DNA of 53,655 nt. Origin: a virus (Duplodnaviria > Heunggongvirae > Uroviricota > Caudoviricetes). The stretch spans positions 1 to 53,655 of IMG/VR virus record IMGVR_UViG_643348545_000009; one strand, written 5' to 3'. Below the pieces are notes generated by a model. The model saw nothing but the letters and a program-made list of their open reading frames with translations, had not been told where the DNA came from and made no database searches. Below are positions 11,080 to 20,375 of the stretch, one piece after another (the stretch's first letter is position 1; every line of letters starts with the position of its first letter). The translations under genes and the position numbers were made by a program.

Positions 11080-11220
11080 TCAACTTTTTAGGCTGCGAAT
11101 AAGACGCTGCACTATTTCTGAATTTAAAGACCTGCCCTCCTCCTTAGCCTTTTCCTTCAATTTTTCTTTAATCTCTGGCGGGATACGAATCCCTAATGGA
11201 GCGATATCTCTAACTTTCAT
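11080..11220 (-). CDS. arc: Arc-like ribbon-helix-helix repressor
   Basis: 46-aa product MKVRDIAPLGIRIPPEIKEKLKEKAKEEGRSLNSEIVQRLIRSLKS resembles P22 Arc (…NGRSVNSEIYQRV…); internal ATG at 11218-11220 chosen over the longer ORF. Confidence 0.7.
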   Translation of the reverse strand: MKVRDIAPLGIRIPPEIKEKLKEKAKEEGRSLNSEIVQRLIRSLKS

Positions 11221-11330
11221 TTCTTTCCCAATTGCTACACCGTGATAACTAAATACTACACCGTGCTTATTTAAAGTCAAAGTTTTTTTGCCTACACTGT
11301 GTAGCAATGCTACAGCGTGCAGGAGGAAAA
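11221..11330. promoter_or_regulatory. Divergent arc/mnt control region with repeated operator-like motifs
   Basis: CTACACNGTG-like motif four times (11235-11244, 11256-11265, 11292-11301, 11311-11320); palindrome CTACAC-T-GTGTAG at 11292-11304; ATTGCTACAC at 11231-11240 is the inverted repeat of GTGTAGCAAT at 11299-11308. Confidence 0.5.
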
Positions 11331-11579
11331 ATGAAAGGTGCAAGAGATATCAGTCCCTTGGGAATTAGGATTCCAGACTATTTAAAGAAACGCATTCAGC
11401 AGGAAGCGGATAAAAACGGCAGATCAATGAACTCAGAGATTGTGCTTATCCTTCAAAAACATGTTGATAATCTTGATGGCCCTCGCTCACTTGAAGGATT
11501 CGCTAACCAAGAAGCTGACAAATTCAAAGAGGCGCTGCTTGAGACGCTAAAGACCATGTATGGTAAGGATGAAAAATAA
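11331..11579 (+). CDS. mnt: Mnt-like ribbon-helix-helix repressor
   Basis: MKGARDISPLGIRIPDYLKKRIQQEADKNGRSMNSEIVLILQ… resembles P22 Mnt (…NGRSMNSELLQIV…); AGGAGG 5 nt upstream of ATG 11331; divergent from arc-ant. Confidence 0.7.
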   Translation: MKGARDISPLGIRIPDYLKKRIQQEADKNGRSMNSEIVLILQKHVDNLDGPRSLEGFANQEADKFKEALLETLKTMYGKDEK

Positions 11580-12115
11580 TGCTGCACACAATTCATTTCT
11601 TATGCCCCGTTAACACTGCCACTGTTGGGCAACTTCAGAACCACTGTCTCACCGCATTATCTCAAGGCGCAACTGAATTAAATATCCATATATCAAGTCA
11701 GGGAGGGGAAACTGCCGCTGGCTTTACTGCGTATAACTTTCTTAAGTCACTCCCTGTTACCGTTAGAACTCACAACATAAGCAATGTTGAATCCATAGCT
11801 AATATCGTTTTCCTGGCTGGCTCAGAACGTTTCGCAAACCCATTATCAAGATTCCTGTTACATCCTCTATTATGGGTCTTTGCCACCCCAGCCGCCGACC
11901 ATGCCAGATTGAGAGAGTACGGGAAATGCCTCGATAACGATCTTGATCGCTTCGTTGAGACGTTCAATATCGACATCGGAACCCATATTAGGTGGGCATC
12001 CCTGATAGCAGACTCGACCATTTTGGATGCTAACAAGGCTCTTGAGCATGGCATAATTAATTCCATAAAAACTGCAAGGCTGGTATCCAATCAGGCAAAC
12101 TGGTGGGTTGTTTGA
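11579..12115 (+). CDS. ClpP-fold serine peptidase homologue, translationally coupled to mnt
   Basis: 178-aa ORF; ISSQGGETAAGFTAYNFL…SNVESIANIVFLAG…RFANPLSRFLLHPL aligns with the ClpP core (INSPGG…GQAASMGAFLLTAG…RFCLPNSRVMIHQP) with Ser and His retained; start ATG overlaps mnt stop (TAATG). Confidence 0.6.
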   Translation: MLHTIHFLCPVNTATVGQLQNHCLTALSQGATELNIHISSQGGETAAGFTAYNFLKSLPVTVRTHNISNVESIANIVFLAGSERFANPLSRFLLHPLLWVFATPAADHARLREYGKCLDNDLDRFVETFNIDIGTHIRWASLIADSTILDANKALEHGIINSIKTARLVSNQANWWVV

Positions 12116-12171
12116 TGGGTAAATCATGATTGCTCCTTATAAAAAAACCACCTGACGGTGGGCATAATCCA

Positions 12172-12870
12172 TTACTGCGAAAGTTTATTAATGGAAAGGA
12201 AACCGCCAAAATTGCCGACATTCCTGCGCAGTTCACACCCGCGCATGCACTTGCTGCATCTGTCCTTACGGATATCGGTGGTGGGTTTATCGAACTCATC
12301 CGCCACAGCCCCGCCCGTGTAACCACACTCATCAGAGCGGTAAGTCCACATACAGGTATTCGCCAGCATAATGCGACCGGGAAACAGCGCCCCGTCCGTC
12401 TCGGTCGGTGTGGCCAGCACAAACGAGGCCGTCATGGCTGTGAGCTGCGACATCTGCTCCACCACCCAGCGGTCCGTCAGCTCCTGCTCCGGGTCAGCCT
12501 CCGGATTGCCTGCCACAAAATTCACCGCATCCAGAAAACGCGCATACACCCGGCGACGAACCACCGTGGCCCCCACCAGGCTCTGCAAATCCTCCGCCAT
12601 CCCGGTGACCAGCCCGAACAGATTCGACACCGTCAGTGACGGGCGGGCACTGCTCCCTTTCCCGTTCATCTCAAAGCCGCTGCCGTCAATCGGGTACGCC
12701 TCATACTTCCGCCCCTGCCAGGTGACCGGCTCCCCTTTTTCATTCAGCTCATTACAGAAAAAATACCGCTCACCGCCCTGTACCGTCAGGTCGATTTCCC
12801 AGAGTACCACCCGCGGTGACTGCTCTGATTTAACCGACTCATTCAGGCTTTCTTCGTTGATCTCCTGCAT
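12172..12870 (-). CDS. L: Minor tail protein L
   Basis: Near-colinear with lambda gpL as recalled (…VVLWEIDLT..GGERYFFCNE.NEKGEPVTWQGR.Y…GNFGGFLSINKLSQ); ATG at 12868-12870. Confidence 0.9.
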   Translation of the reverse strand: MQEINEESLNESVKSEQSPRVVLWEIDLTVQGGERYFFCNELNEKGEPVTWQGRKYEAYPIDGSGFEMNGKGSSARPSLTVSNLFGLVTGMAEDLQSLVGATVVRRRVYARFLDAVNFVAGNPEADPEQELTDRWVVEQMSQLTAMTASFVLATPTETDGALFPGRIMLANTCMWTYRSDECGYTGGAVADEFDKPTTDIRKDRCSKCMRGCELRRNVGNFGGFLSINKLSQ

Positions 12871-12883
12871 AAACATCCACCCA

Positions 12884-12909
12884 TAAAAAAAGGGGCGCAA
12901 TGCGCCCCT
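12884..12909 (-). terminator. Intrinsic terminator downstream of porin moron
   Basis: Hairpin GGGGCGCA-(3 nt)-CGCCCC followed on the minus strand by an 8-U run. Confidence 0.5.
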
Positions 12910-13066
12910 GATAAAATAGTTCAATTAAAAAATCAAAAACGATGAAGGTAATAAAATGAAAATTAAATCAGCTAATAGCTGATCGCAGTGACCAGTGGAA
13001 ATATAACTTCCACTGATACAGGCCATCTGTGAGGGCAGATGGCCTGTATTTATTTACCAGTAATCA

Positions 13067-14230
13067 TCAGAACTGATAAGTCATACCAACAGCAACGATA
13101 TCATCCGTTGCAATGCCCGCATCCCTGGTAAACTTATTCTCATCAACCAGATTGATTTTATAATCAACATAGGTGGACATATTTTTATTGAAGTAATATT
13201 TCGCACCTACGTCAACATACTTAACCAAATCCTGGTCACCATAGTTTTTACCACCTACAATGACATCCTGAGCACGAGACTGCAGGAATGCCAGAGATGG
13301 ACGCAGACCGAAATCAAACTGATACTGCAGTACCGCTTCAAAGTTTTGCGCTTTATCTGCAACTCCTTTATCACCAAAGGTCGTCAGATTCTGAGTTTCG
13401 GAATATGTTGTAGCCAGGTAAAGGTTGTCAGCATCGTATTTTAGTCCGACTCCCCACATCTCAGCGTGTTTACCTTTTGCAACACTACCGGAATCAACAA
13501 CGATCTGCTTTTCAGTCACTTTACCGGTTAAAGGATCAGTTTGTTCAATCGTCAGAGTACCATTCAGACCTTTTTCCTGATTATTGGTTCGGTCCGCATT
13601 AATATATGCGGCAACGATACCAAAACCTTCATATTCATAACTGGCTGAGAAACCGTGACCATCACCATTAGCTTTCCGGAGATCACCCCGATCATTTTTA
13701 CCCTGGTACTGTGCCGCAAAATTCAGGCCATCGACAAGCCCAAAGAAATCTGTATTACGATAGGTTAATACCCCGGAAGTACGGGCTGTCATGAAGTTAT
13801 CGGTCTGGGTCCAGCCATCACCGCCAAACTCTGGTAATACGTCAGTATAAGAACCAACATCGTACGCAATACCATAGTTACGACCATAATCAATGGTGCC
13901 AAACTCACCAAACTTCAGACCTGCAAATGCAAGACGGGTTTTATTACCCGCAGCACCCTCTGATTCAGCTTTATTACCAGAGAACTGATATTCCCACTGA
14001 CCAAAACCAGTCAACTGGTCATTAATCTGAGTTTCACCTTTAAAGCCCAGACGTGCGTATGTCTTATCTCCATCATCCCCCTTATCACTGGAGAAATAAT
14101 GGAGTGCAGTTGCACGCCCATACACATCAAGTTTATTGCCATCTTTATTGTATACTTCTGCAGCCTGCGCCCCCGCTGCAAAAATTACAGCTGCTGCCAC
14201 AGCTGAAAGTGCCACTGTCATTTTTTTCAT
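13067..14230 (-). CDS. General porin, OmpC/OmpF/NmpC/Lc family (phage-borne moron)
   Basis: 387 aa; signal peptide ending AQA; porin motifs throughout; C-terminal …VAVGMTYQF aromatic terminus; AAGGA upstream of ATG; AT-rich own promoter region 14231-14436. Confidence 0.9.
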   Translation of the reverse strand: MKKMTVALSAVAAAVIFAAGAQAAEVYNKDGNKLDVYGRATALHYFSSDKGDDGDKTYARLGFKGETQINDQLTGFGQWEYQFSGNKAESEGAAGNKTRLAFAGLKFGEFGTIDYGRNYGIAYDVGSYTDVLPEFGGDGWTQTDNFMTARTSGVLTYRNTDFFGLVDGLNFAAQYQGKNDRGDLRKANGDGHGFSASYEYEGFGIVAAYINADRTNNQEKGLNGTLTIEQTDPLTGKVTEKQIVVDSGSVAKGKHAEMWGVGLKYDADNLYLATTYSETQNLTTFGDKGVADKAQNFEAVLQYQFDFGLRPSLAFLQSRAQDVIVGGKNYGDQDLVKYVDVGAKYYFNKNMSTYVDYKINLVDENKFTRDAGIATDDIVAVGMTYQF

Positions 14231-14436
14231 GATTTAATCCTTATTTAAACTGAACTATTCATGCATAGAGATGTCATGAACAAAACTCAAAATATTGTAA
14301 ATTAAATTACGGGTTCAATTTTTATTTTGTTTCAAAATGTAAAAAAACAACTTTGATAGCACTTTATGTCAAGACAAAACAAAAATAACAAGCAAGCAAA
14401 TTAATAAACGATGCTTTTAGGTTTTTTCTCAAAAAC

Positions 14437-14778
14437 TTATCTTATTACCTGTTCCATCATACAACTGAAATCGCTGTACCTGGCGTTATCCGTAATACTC
14501 CACTCCCGGCACACCACCCTGACCGTCCGGTTATGTTTCGGCGGTCGCCACAAAAAGGCACGGTAACCACCATGCCACGATAAAAATTCATCCAGCCAGC
14601 GCCGGGTCGCCTCATCCGTCACCCGGAACACTGCCTGAAATGTCTTCAGTCTGGCATTAAGTCCCGTCGGTCGGCGCTGTTCATAACCGTCACCAAACCG
14701 GACCCTCACCACCGACGGTTTCTCACTCACCTGCATCCCTTCACGCGGGACCAGATGCAGCGTTTTTATCTCAGCCAC
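14437..14778 (-). CDS. M: Minor tail protein M
   Basis: …VVRVRFGDGYEQRRPTGLNARLKTF… matches lambda gpM (…VRKVRFGDGYSQRAPAGLNANLKTY…); GTG start overlaps H stop, internal ATG possible. Confidence 0.85.
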   Translation of the reverse strand: MAEIKTLHLVPREGMQVSEKPSVVRVRFGDGYEQRRPTGLNARLKTFQAVFRVTDEATRRWLDEFLSWHGGYRAFLWRPPKHNRTVRVVCREWSITDNARYSDFSCMMEQVIR

Positions 14779-17700
14779 TCAGCATTCCTCCGTCTCGTCG
14801 CATGGACAGCATCACCGCCTGCACCCGCTGGTCAATCAGCTGAACAAGGCTGCCTGCCGCCTCCGGCCCTATCTGACCGTTGGCCCCGTCATTCTGAATG
14901 GCGATGTGGTAGACCGGGGAATACACCAGACCCGCACTCCCGTTCATCCTGCCCACGGCACGTACGCCCAGCGAGCCATCCGCCGCCCGGGTCAGGGGCA
15001 TTATGGCTTCAGGTCCGGCTTCCCCCATCAGCCCGGCCCCTTTTGCAAAGGCAAAGTACGTGGGCGTATCCACAATGCTGTTGCTGTACGCACTCAGGTT
15101 TGCCGAGGTATACACACCGCCTTTTGCATTCGCCATCGCGCCGCTCAGCCAGCTGCCGATACTGCCCGTTATTCCCCCTGCACCGGACATGCTGTTTGCC
15201 GCCATCTTAATGCCGTTGACAATGGCCGCATTCATAAGAACTTTTGATATTTCCTGCAGTACGGATGAGGCCCAGTTGCGCCATTCCACTTTGTTTCCGT
15301 TCAGCATCTCCGTGATGTTATTCACCAGTCCTGAAATCCCCTCCGTTGCCAGCTGTGCTGCCTGAGAGGCGTAATCGGATGCACTGTCCACCCAGTTACT
15401 GAGCCCCTCCTGCAGCCCTTTCTGCCAGTCCGCACGTTGTTCATCCGACCGGGCATAAAAGGCTTCCTGGTCTTTCAGGCGTTCGCTCAGATACTGCGCA
15501 TTCTGTGCCAGTGCCTGTCTGTAAAAATTCTCACTGATATCCCCGGTCTGATACTGAGACTGAAGGTCCGCATCCTTCTGGCGGAAACTGTCGCGGATCT
15601 GCTGCAACTCCCGCATGCGTTCCCTGGCTCGTTCCCCCTGCCCGTATCCCAGCAGTTCAGCGTCATTTGACGCACGCGCAGCCGCATTCTCATTCTTCAG
15701 TGTCTCCTCCCGGGACTGCAACTGTTCCCGGATTTTTTGCTGGTCAATCAGGGCAGCATTGCGCAGCAGTTCCTGCTTCTGTATCTCCGTCAGGGTTTTC
15801 AGTTCGCCCTGCGCTGTCTGGTATTTCAGCTTCGCCAGCTCTGTATTCTGACCCGCCAGTGCCAGTTGCTCTTTCTGCTGCTTCAGCAGCCGGGAAAAAC
15901 TGTCTTCTGCTTTTTCCGTCTCTGATTTTCTGCCCCGGGATTTGGGTTTATTCGCCTCGTTATTACGCCAGGCTTCCAGGGCATTACTGATGTAACGCTG
16001 TCGTGCCTCCTGATATGAATCCCCCACAAAACCAAGGTCATCCGTCGCATATCCCAGCCGGGCGCGCTCTTTTTCTTCCCCTTTCAGTCGTGACAGGGCC
16101 AGTTGACGCTCCGTGTTATTCAGGGCGCTCTGCTGTTTATTATCCAGAGTAGCCTGTGGCAGTCGCAGCGGTACACTCACCAGTCCCTGACGCTGCTCCA
16201 GCAGTTCATTACCCAGCCCCAGCAGGCGGTTGAACTCCGTATGCTGGCCGTTCATGACCAGCAGTGACTGATACGCTTTATTCTGCTCTGCCGCCTGCTG
16301 ACGAATTAACGCCACACGGCGATCTTCCAGTCCGGCAAGCACATCCTGAATGGACTGCGCCTTTTCCTGCATCTGTGCCAGACGGGACTGCTCAACAGCA
16401 AGCTGCTCTGTTGCCTGAGCAAGCCCTTCCGTTACAGTTTTCACCGAGGTCAGATGGTTTATCATGAAGCCGTTACCGGTCGTCCAGCCCGGATTAGCCA
16501 GCACATACTGATACCCGGCGATTTTTTCCTGCAGGGATTTCACCCGGCTGGCGTGCTCATCAATCAGCCTGTTCTGCTCTGTCAGCGCCTCCCGTGTTCG
16601 CCCTTCATTATCTGAGGCTTCAGGCAGAGACATTGACGGCATTTTATGTGCGATTTCATCAATCGTCAGTGCATACTGGCGCGCAGACTCCCTGGCCTGC
16701 TCCTGATTCTGGTACAGCGTGTACCATGCGGCAGCTCCCAGCATCACCAGTCCGGGTACGCCTCCAGCCAGTCCCAGCGCACCGCTCATCAGACGTGAGC
16801 CCACCGCCGTTGTACTGTTCAGCGCATTCTGGGCGGCGGTTCTGGCTGCAATATTTCTGTTCAGACGTTCCTGTGTGACCGCCAGACGGGCCTCTGCGGC
16901 AATCTGCATCTCCGTCCCGCGGGCTGCCGCCACAGCCTGCTGAGCCCGGTACACGGCTGCCCTTGCCCGCGCCGTGGCAATCTGTGTTCCCCTTAACTGG
17001 GCCTCAGCCAGTGCCACTTCATTACGTGCGGCGGTCACAAGTCCTGCCGTCGCAGACATCGCTCCGGAGGCCAGATTACCAAAGTACCGGGCCACCCCGA
17101 CGGCAACCAGCACACCGGCTGCTGACGCCACATTATCAATATTACCGGCAACACTGTTCAGCACACCAGAGAGCGTTTTTGTCGCACCGCTGGCTTCATT
17201 CGCGCCACCCACCCAGGCCATAAAAGCGTTTTCCACCTTCGTGATACTGCCGGACACCGTTTCCGGCATGGCCACATATTCATCACGTAATGCGCCCAGC
17301 TGGCTGATTAACGCCGGGACAACTTTATCGGTGGTCAGTTTGCCGTCGTTCGCCATCGCCTTCAGGTCTTTACGCGCCACGCCCAGTCCCGCTGCCAGTG
17401 CCCGGATCACCCGGTCACCATTTTCATTAACCGAATTAAATTCCTCGCCGCGCAACACACCCTGTGCCAGCGCCTGACTGAACTGGGTGATCACCGAACC
17501 CGCCTCTGCCGTACTGGCACCAGAAATTTTCAGCCCCGTGGAAATGGCTTCCGTCACCTTCAGGACATCACCGGCACTGTAACCATATTCACGCATTGAG
17601 GCCGCAGAACGGGCAAACAACGCCGCATTATCCGAAAATGACGTCCCCGTCCGCTGGCTGATATCCATCAGCACTTTCTGTGATGACGAAAACTCATCCG

Positions 17701-18013
17701 ATGACTGCGACGCCTGTTTCAGACGGGCATTCACGGAGCTCCATTCATCCGCCAGCGAGATCAGGTGTCCTGTGGCAAAGGCCCCGGCAAACGCTCCCAC
17801 CGTTCCGACAGCCGAAGCGCGGATCTCCGTCAGCTGACTGTTCAGCTCCGCCAGGGCGCGCCGCTGCTCCCGGGCCGCTGCGGCAGCCTGACGCCCGCCA
17901 TTCTGCAGGGTACGGTAATATTCACTACCCATACGGGAAGCCCGCTGGATCTCCGACTGGAATGACTGTGAATTTGCCGAAATTTTGATAATCAGTTCAC
18001 GTAACGTCGCCAT
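14771..18013 (-). CDS. H: Tail tape measure protein H
   Basis: 1080-aa largely alpha-helical/coiled-coil ORF between G/T and M; ATG at 18011-18013. Confidence 0.9.
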   Translation of the reverse strand: MATLRELIIKISANSQSFQSEIQRASRMGSEYYRTLQNGGRQAAAAAREQRRALAELNSQLTEIRASAVGTVGAFAGAFATGHLISLADEWSSVNARLKQASQSSDEFSSSQKVLMDISQRTGTSFSDNAALFARSAASMREYGYSAGDVLKVTEAISTGLKISGASTAEAGSVITQFSQALAQGVLRGEEFNSVNENGDRVIRALAAGLGVARKDLKAMANDGKLTTDKVVPALISQLGALRDEYVAMPETVSGSITKVENAFMAWVGGANEASGATKTLSGVLNSVAGNIDNVASAAGVLVAVGVARYFGNLASGAMSATAGLVTAARNEVALAEAQLRGTQIATARARAAVYRAQQAVAAARGTEMQIAAEARLAVTQERLNRNIAARTAAQNALNSTTAVGSRLMSGALGLAGGVPGLVMLGAAAWYTLYQNQEQARESARQYALTIDEIAHKMPSMSLPEASDNEGRTREALTEQNRLIDEHASRVKSLQEKIAGYQYVLANPGWTTGNGFMINHLTSVKTVTEGLAQATEQLAVEQSRLAQMQEKAQSIQDVLAGLEDRRVALIRQQAAEQNKAYQSLLVMNGQHTEFNRLLGLGNELLEQRQGLVSVPLRLPQATLDNKQQSALNNTERQLALSRLKGEEKERARLGYATDDLGFVGDSYQEARQRYISNALEAWRNNEANKPKSRGRKSETEKAEDSFSRLLKQQKEQLALAGQNTELAKLKYQTAQGELKTLTEIQKQELLRNAALIDQQKIREQLQSREETLKNENAAARASNDAELLGYGQGERARERMRELQQIRDSFRQKDADLQSQYQTGDISENFYRQALAQNAQYLSERLKDQEAFYARSDEQRADWQKGLQEGLSNWVDSASDYASQAAQLATEGISGLVNNITEMLNGNKVEWRNWASSVLQEISKVLMNAAIVNGIKMAANSMSGAGGITGSIGSWLSGAMANAKGGVYTSANLSAYSNSIVDTPTYFAFAKGAGLMGEAGPEAIMPLTRAADGSLGVRAVGRMNGSAGLVYSPVYHIAIQNDGANGQIGPEAAGSLVQLIDQRVQAVMLSMRRDGGMLSG

Positions 18014-18030
18014 TCACCTTTCTCCGGGCG

Positions 18031-18055
18031 AAAAAAAACCTGCCGCAGCAGGTTT
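18031..18055 (-). terminator. Intrinsic terminator downstream of lipoprotein moron
   Basis: Hairpin AACCTGC-TGCGG-CAGGTT followed on the minus strand by an 8-U run, immediately upstream of H. Confidence 0.55.
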
Positions 18056-18076
18056 TATTCATCAGCAGATTATTGA

Positions 18077-18490
18077 TTAAGTTTCGGGTACCAGCCCGGG
18101 ATTCAGACTTCCCGGACTCAGTGTATACATGCCGCCATTGAATGGGTCCACAAGCAACCAGCCAACAATACCACCAAAGACAAAGTTACCACCAATATAC
18201 CAGCCATTAGCCGATGCCTTGATCGGCAGCGTTACGGGCTGATAATTCTCTTTACTGAATGTGATCTGATAACTCTTTTTCCCGAAGTAACTGCCATCTG
18301 ATTTTTCAAGTGTTACATTCTGCGGTGTTTTACCCGAAGAAATTGTTTTCCCTGACTCATCTTTAATAATAAAATCCGCGCCAGCCGGATTACTGTTTAC
18401 CTGTACAGTCTGCGTTTTATCTCCGACAATGGTTGCACACCCCGTCAGAAAAAAACTTACAGAGAAAATCAACAACATGAATTTCTTCAT
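18077..18490 (-). CDS. Lipoprotein moron (unknown function) between H and G/T
   Basis: 137 aa; signal peptide with lipobox LTGC; C-terminal Gly-rich hydrophobic segment; followed by its own terminator. Confidence 0.6.
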   Translation of the reverse strand: MKKFMLLIFSVSFFLTGCATIVGDKTQTVQVNSNPAGADFIIKDESGKTISSGKTPQNVTLEKSDGSYFGKKSYQITFSKENYQPVTLPIKASANGWYIGGNFVFGGIVGWLLVDPFNGGMYTLSPGSLNPGLVPET

Positions 18491-18553
18491 AAAATAACTC
18501 CATTCAGTTAATTTCCCCCAAAAATACTGTAATAAATACCCGCAAGGTTGACA

Positions 18554-18868
18554 TTAATTCTCTGAGGCAAATAACAGAGCATTTTCCAGCTCTGCAAACG
18601 GATCCATCTCCTGCTTGTCCTCATCCTCGCCCCAGCAGAGCATGGCATCCTTCAGTGCAACGTTCATTCCCTGCGCCCCGAAAACCGCTTTCACGATCTG
18701 CGCATTACGGATATCCCCGCGCTCATCGCCCAGCGGAGACACCCTGTCGAACTCCATCCACATCATCGCTTCACTCGCACTCAGGCTATGCCGCAGTTCG
18801 GATAACGTGCGCCCCAGACGGAGCGCAAGTCGCATCAGAAAGCGTATTTCCGGGCGGGCTACTTTTTT
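18554..18868 (-). CDS. T: T segment of tail assembly chaperone G-T, expressed by -1 frameshift from G
   Basis: -1 frame ORF continues past the G stop; slippery heptamer A_AAA_AAG at 18862-18868 (minus strand …GCC AGA AAA AAG TAG). Confidence 0.65.
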   Translation of the reverse strand, partial: KKVARPEIRFLMRLALRLGRTLSELRHSLSASEAMMWMEFDRVSPLGDERGDIRNAQIVKAVFGAQGMNVALKDAMLCWGEDEDKQEMDPFAELENALLFASEN

Positions 18869-19233
18869 CTGGCCGCCTCTGCATCAGCGATCAGATCCAG
18901 TGCCTGACGCAGCAACCGGGCATGTACCGGACCATAGACGACCAGCACCTGCTCCCGATCGTCCGCAGTGAACACCCGCTGCAGATCCGTATCACACAGC
19001 ACATCGCAGAACAGCGTCACATCCGCTTCCAGATTACGGCGGGTTTTCGCCACCACCGACAGAGGTTCGTCACCCGTATCACCGTCATTAAGCACTTCCC
19101 GCCACAGATACCAGGCCTCTGCCGAAGGTTCCCGCAGCACCACGCTGACATTTTCCCATTCAGGCACCCGCACCGTTTTATGACGAAACCCTGACAGTCT
19201 GGCCAGCGCCAGCGTTTTCAGATCCTTTTTCAT
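18859..19233 (-). CDS. G: Tail assembly chaperone G
   Basis: 124-aa acidic ORF between V and H ending at the slippery site; ATG at 19231-19233. Confidence 0.75.
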   Translation of the reverse strand: MKKDLKTLALARLSGFRHKTVRVPEWENVSVVLREPSAEAWYLWREVLNDGDTGDEPLSVVAKTRRNLEADVTLFCDVLCDTDLQRVFTADDREQVLVVYGPVHARLLRQALDLIADAEAARKK

Positions 19234-19247
19234 GATGACCCATCCCC

Positions 19248-19964
19248 TTATCCGGCGGCTGCGCTCACAGTCACGGTGCATTCAACAGACGTCACACTCT
19301 GTGCCCTCTCTGCCGAATCGGTCACCACGCAGGTATATTTCCCCGCATCGGCGGACTGCGCGTTTGGCTTACTGAAGGTGTCAGCCGTCTGCCCCTCAAC
19401 CGGCTGACCGTCCTTCTTCCAGGCGTATTTATACGGCGGCGTTCCCCCGTTGACACTGACTGACATTGTCAGCAGCGCACCAGTATTCACGGCAAGTGTC
19501 TTCTCCAGATTTTTCACAAACGCCAGCGGTACCACATAGAACATCGGTTTGCCTTTCAGGCGCAGTGAAAACGTTGCAGCCACCACGCCGTTGGTACCGG
19601 ATGACCAGGTGTGCTGACGCACTTCCGCCAGGAACTTAAAGCCCTTACCGGACGGAAACTGCACCTTAAACGCATACACCGTGTCATTGTCATAGGCATC
19701 ACGCAGGGCGTTCTGGGCCTGATTCAGATAAAAATTACCCGACATGGAAATCTCGGACGACGCCCCCAGACCGTTGATGTTCTCCTGCTCTGTGGAGCAG
19801 AGCGTGGTCACATCAATATCCTGTTTCTGACCGGCGGTGAACTGGACTTCCTTGATGGTGCAGTCCAGGCGCAGATATTCCGCCTTATCCATAGTTTCAG
19901 CAGTCGCCGGGGCAGATGAAATCATCACCTGCGTCAGCTGTGAGCGTTCATACAAAGCAGACAT
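19248..19964 (-). CDS. V: Major tail protein V with C-terminal Ig-like domain
   Basis: 238 aa; C-terminal …TMSVSVNGGTPPYKYAWKKDGQPV…YTCVVTDSA… Big_2/Ig-like pattern; AGGAGG upstream of ATG. Confidence 0.9.
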   Translation of the reverse strand: MSALYERSQLTQVMISSAPATAETMDKAEYLRLDCTIKEVQFTAGQKQDIDVTTLCSTEQENINGLGASSEISMSGNFYLNQAQNALRDAYDNDTVYAFKVQFPSGKGFKFLAEVRQHTWSSGTNGVVAATFSLRLKGKPMFYVVPLAFVKNLEKTLAVNTGALLTMSVSVNGGTPPYKYAWKKDGQPVEGQTADTFSKPNAQSADAGKYTCVVTDSAERAQSVTSVECTVTVSAAAG

Positions 19965-20030
19965 TCTGCCTCCTGATAATAAAAAACCCGCACGCGGCGG
20001 GGTATGGGTTTTGTAGAAAAAAAGAAAAAG

Positions 20031-20375
20031 TCACACCGTGACCTGAAACTCCAGGGTTGCACGGTAACAGCGGTTTTCCGGAATATAGTCCTGCATTTCA
20101 CTGACGGATCCCGGGGCCAGCGCCATTATGGACTCACGGGCGTCCTGACGTATCTGACGCGCCTGCGTCACAGTCCCGGCATAAACGTCTATCTGCACCG
20201 ACACTGAGGACTCCGCCTGCCCGCCCATCACGTCCGCCGACACCGATGAAATCAGGCTGAAAACCACCCACGGAAGCGCCACCGACGGCCTGCCATCCAG
20301 CAGGGGGACCACATACGGGTACACCTGCCCGCCGGCAAGATGCGCCAGATAAGGATACAAATCCGTCTCCGTCAT
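20031..20375 (-). CDS. Tail terminator / minor tail protein (U position)
   Basis: 114-aa ORF immediately upstream of V; assignment by position. Confidence 0.55.
   Translation of the reverse strand: MTETDLYPYLAHLAGGQVYPYVVPLLDGRPSVALPWVVFSLISSVSADVMGGQAESSVSVQIDVYAGTVTQARQIRQDARESIMALAPGSVSEMQDYIPENRCYRATLEFQVTV

Noticed and set aside
11307-11330. Upstream extension of the mnt-like ORF (MLQRAGGK…)
   Set aside because: AGGAGG sits 5 nt before the internal ATG at 11331 and the extension would run through the operator repeats; shorter start preferred.
14755-17988. Plus-strand ORFs within the tape measure gene region
   Set aside because: Antisense to H; Pro/Ala/Ser/Arg-rich with no independent support.
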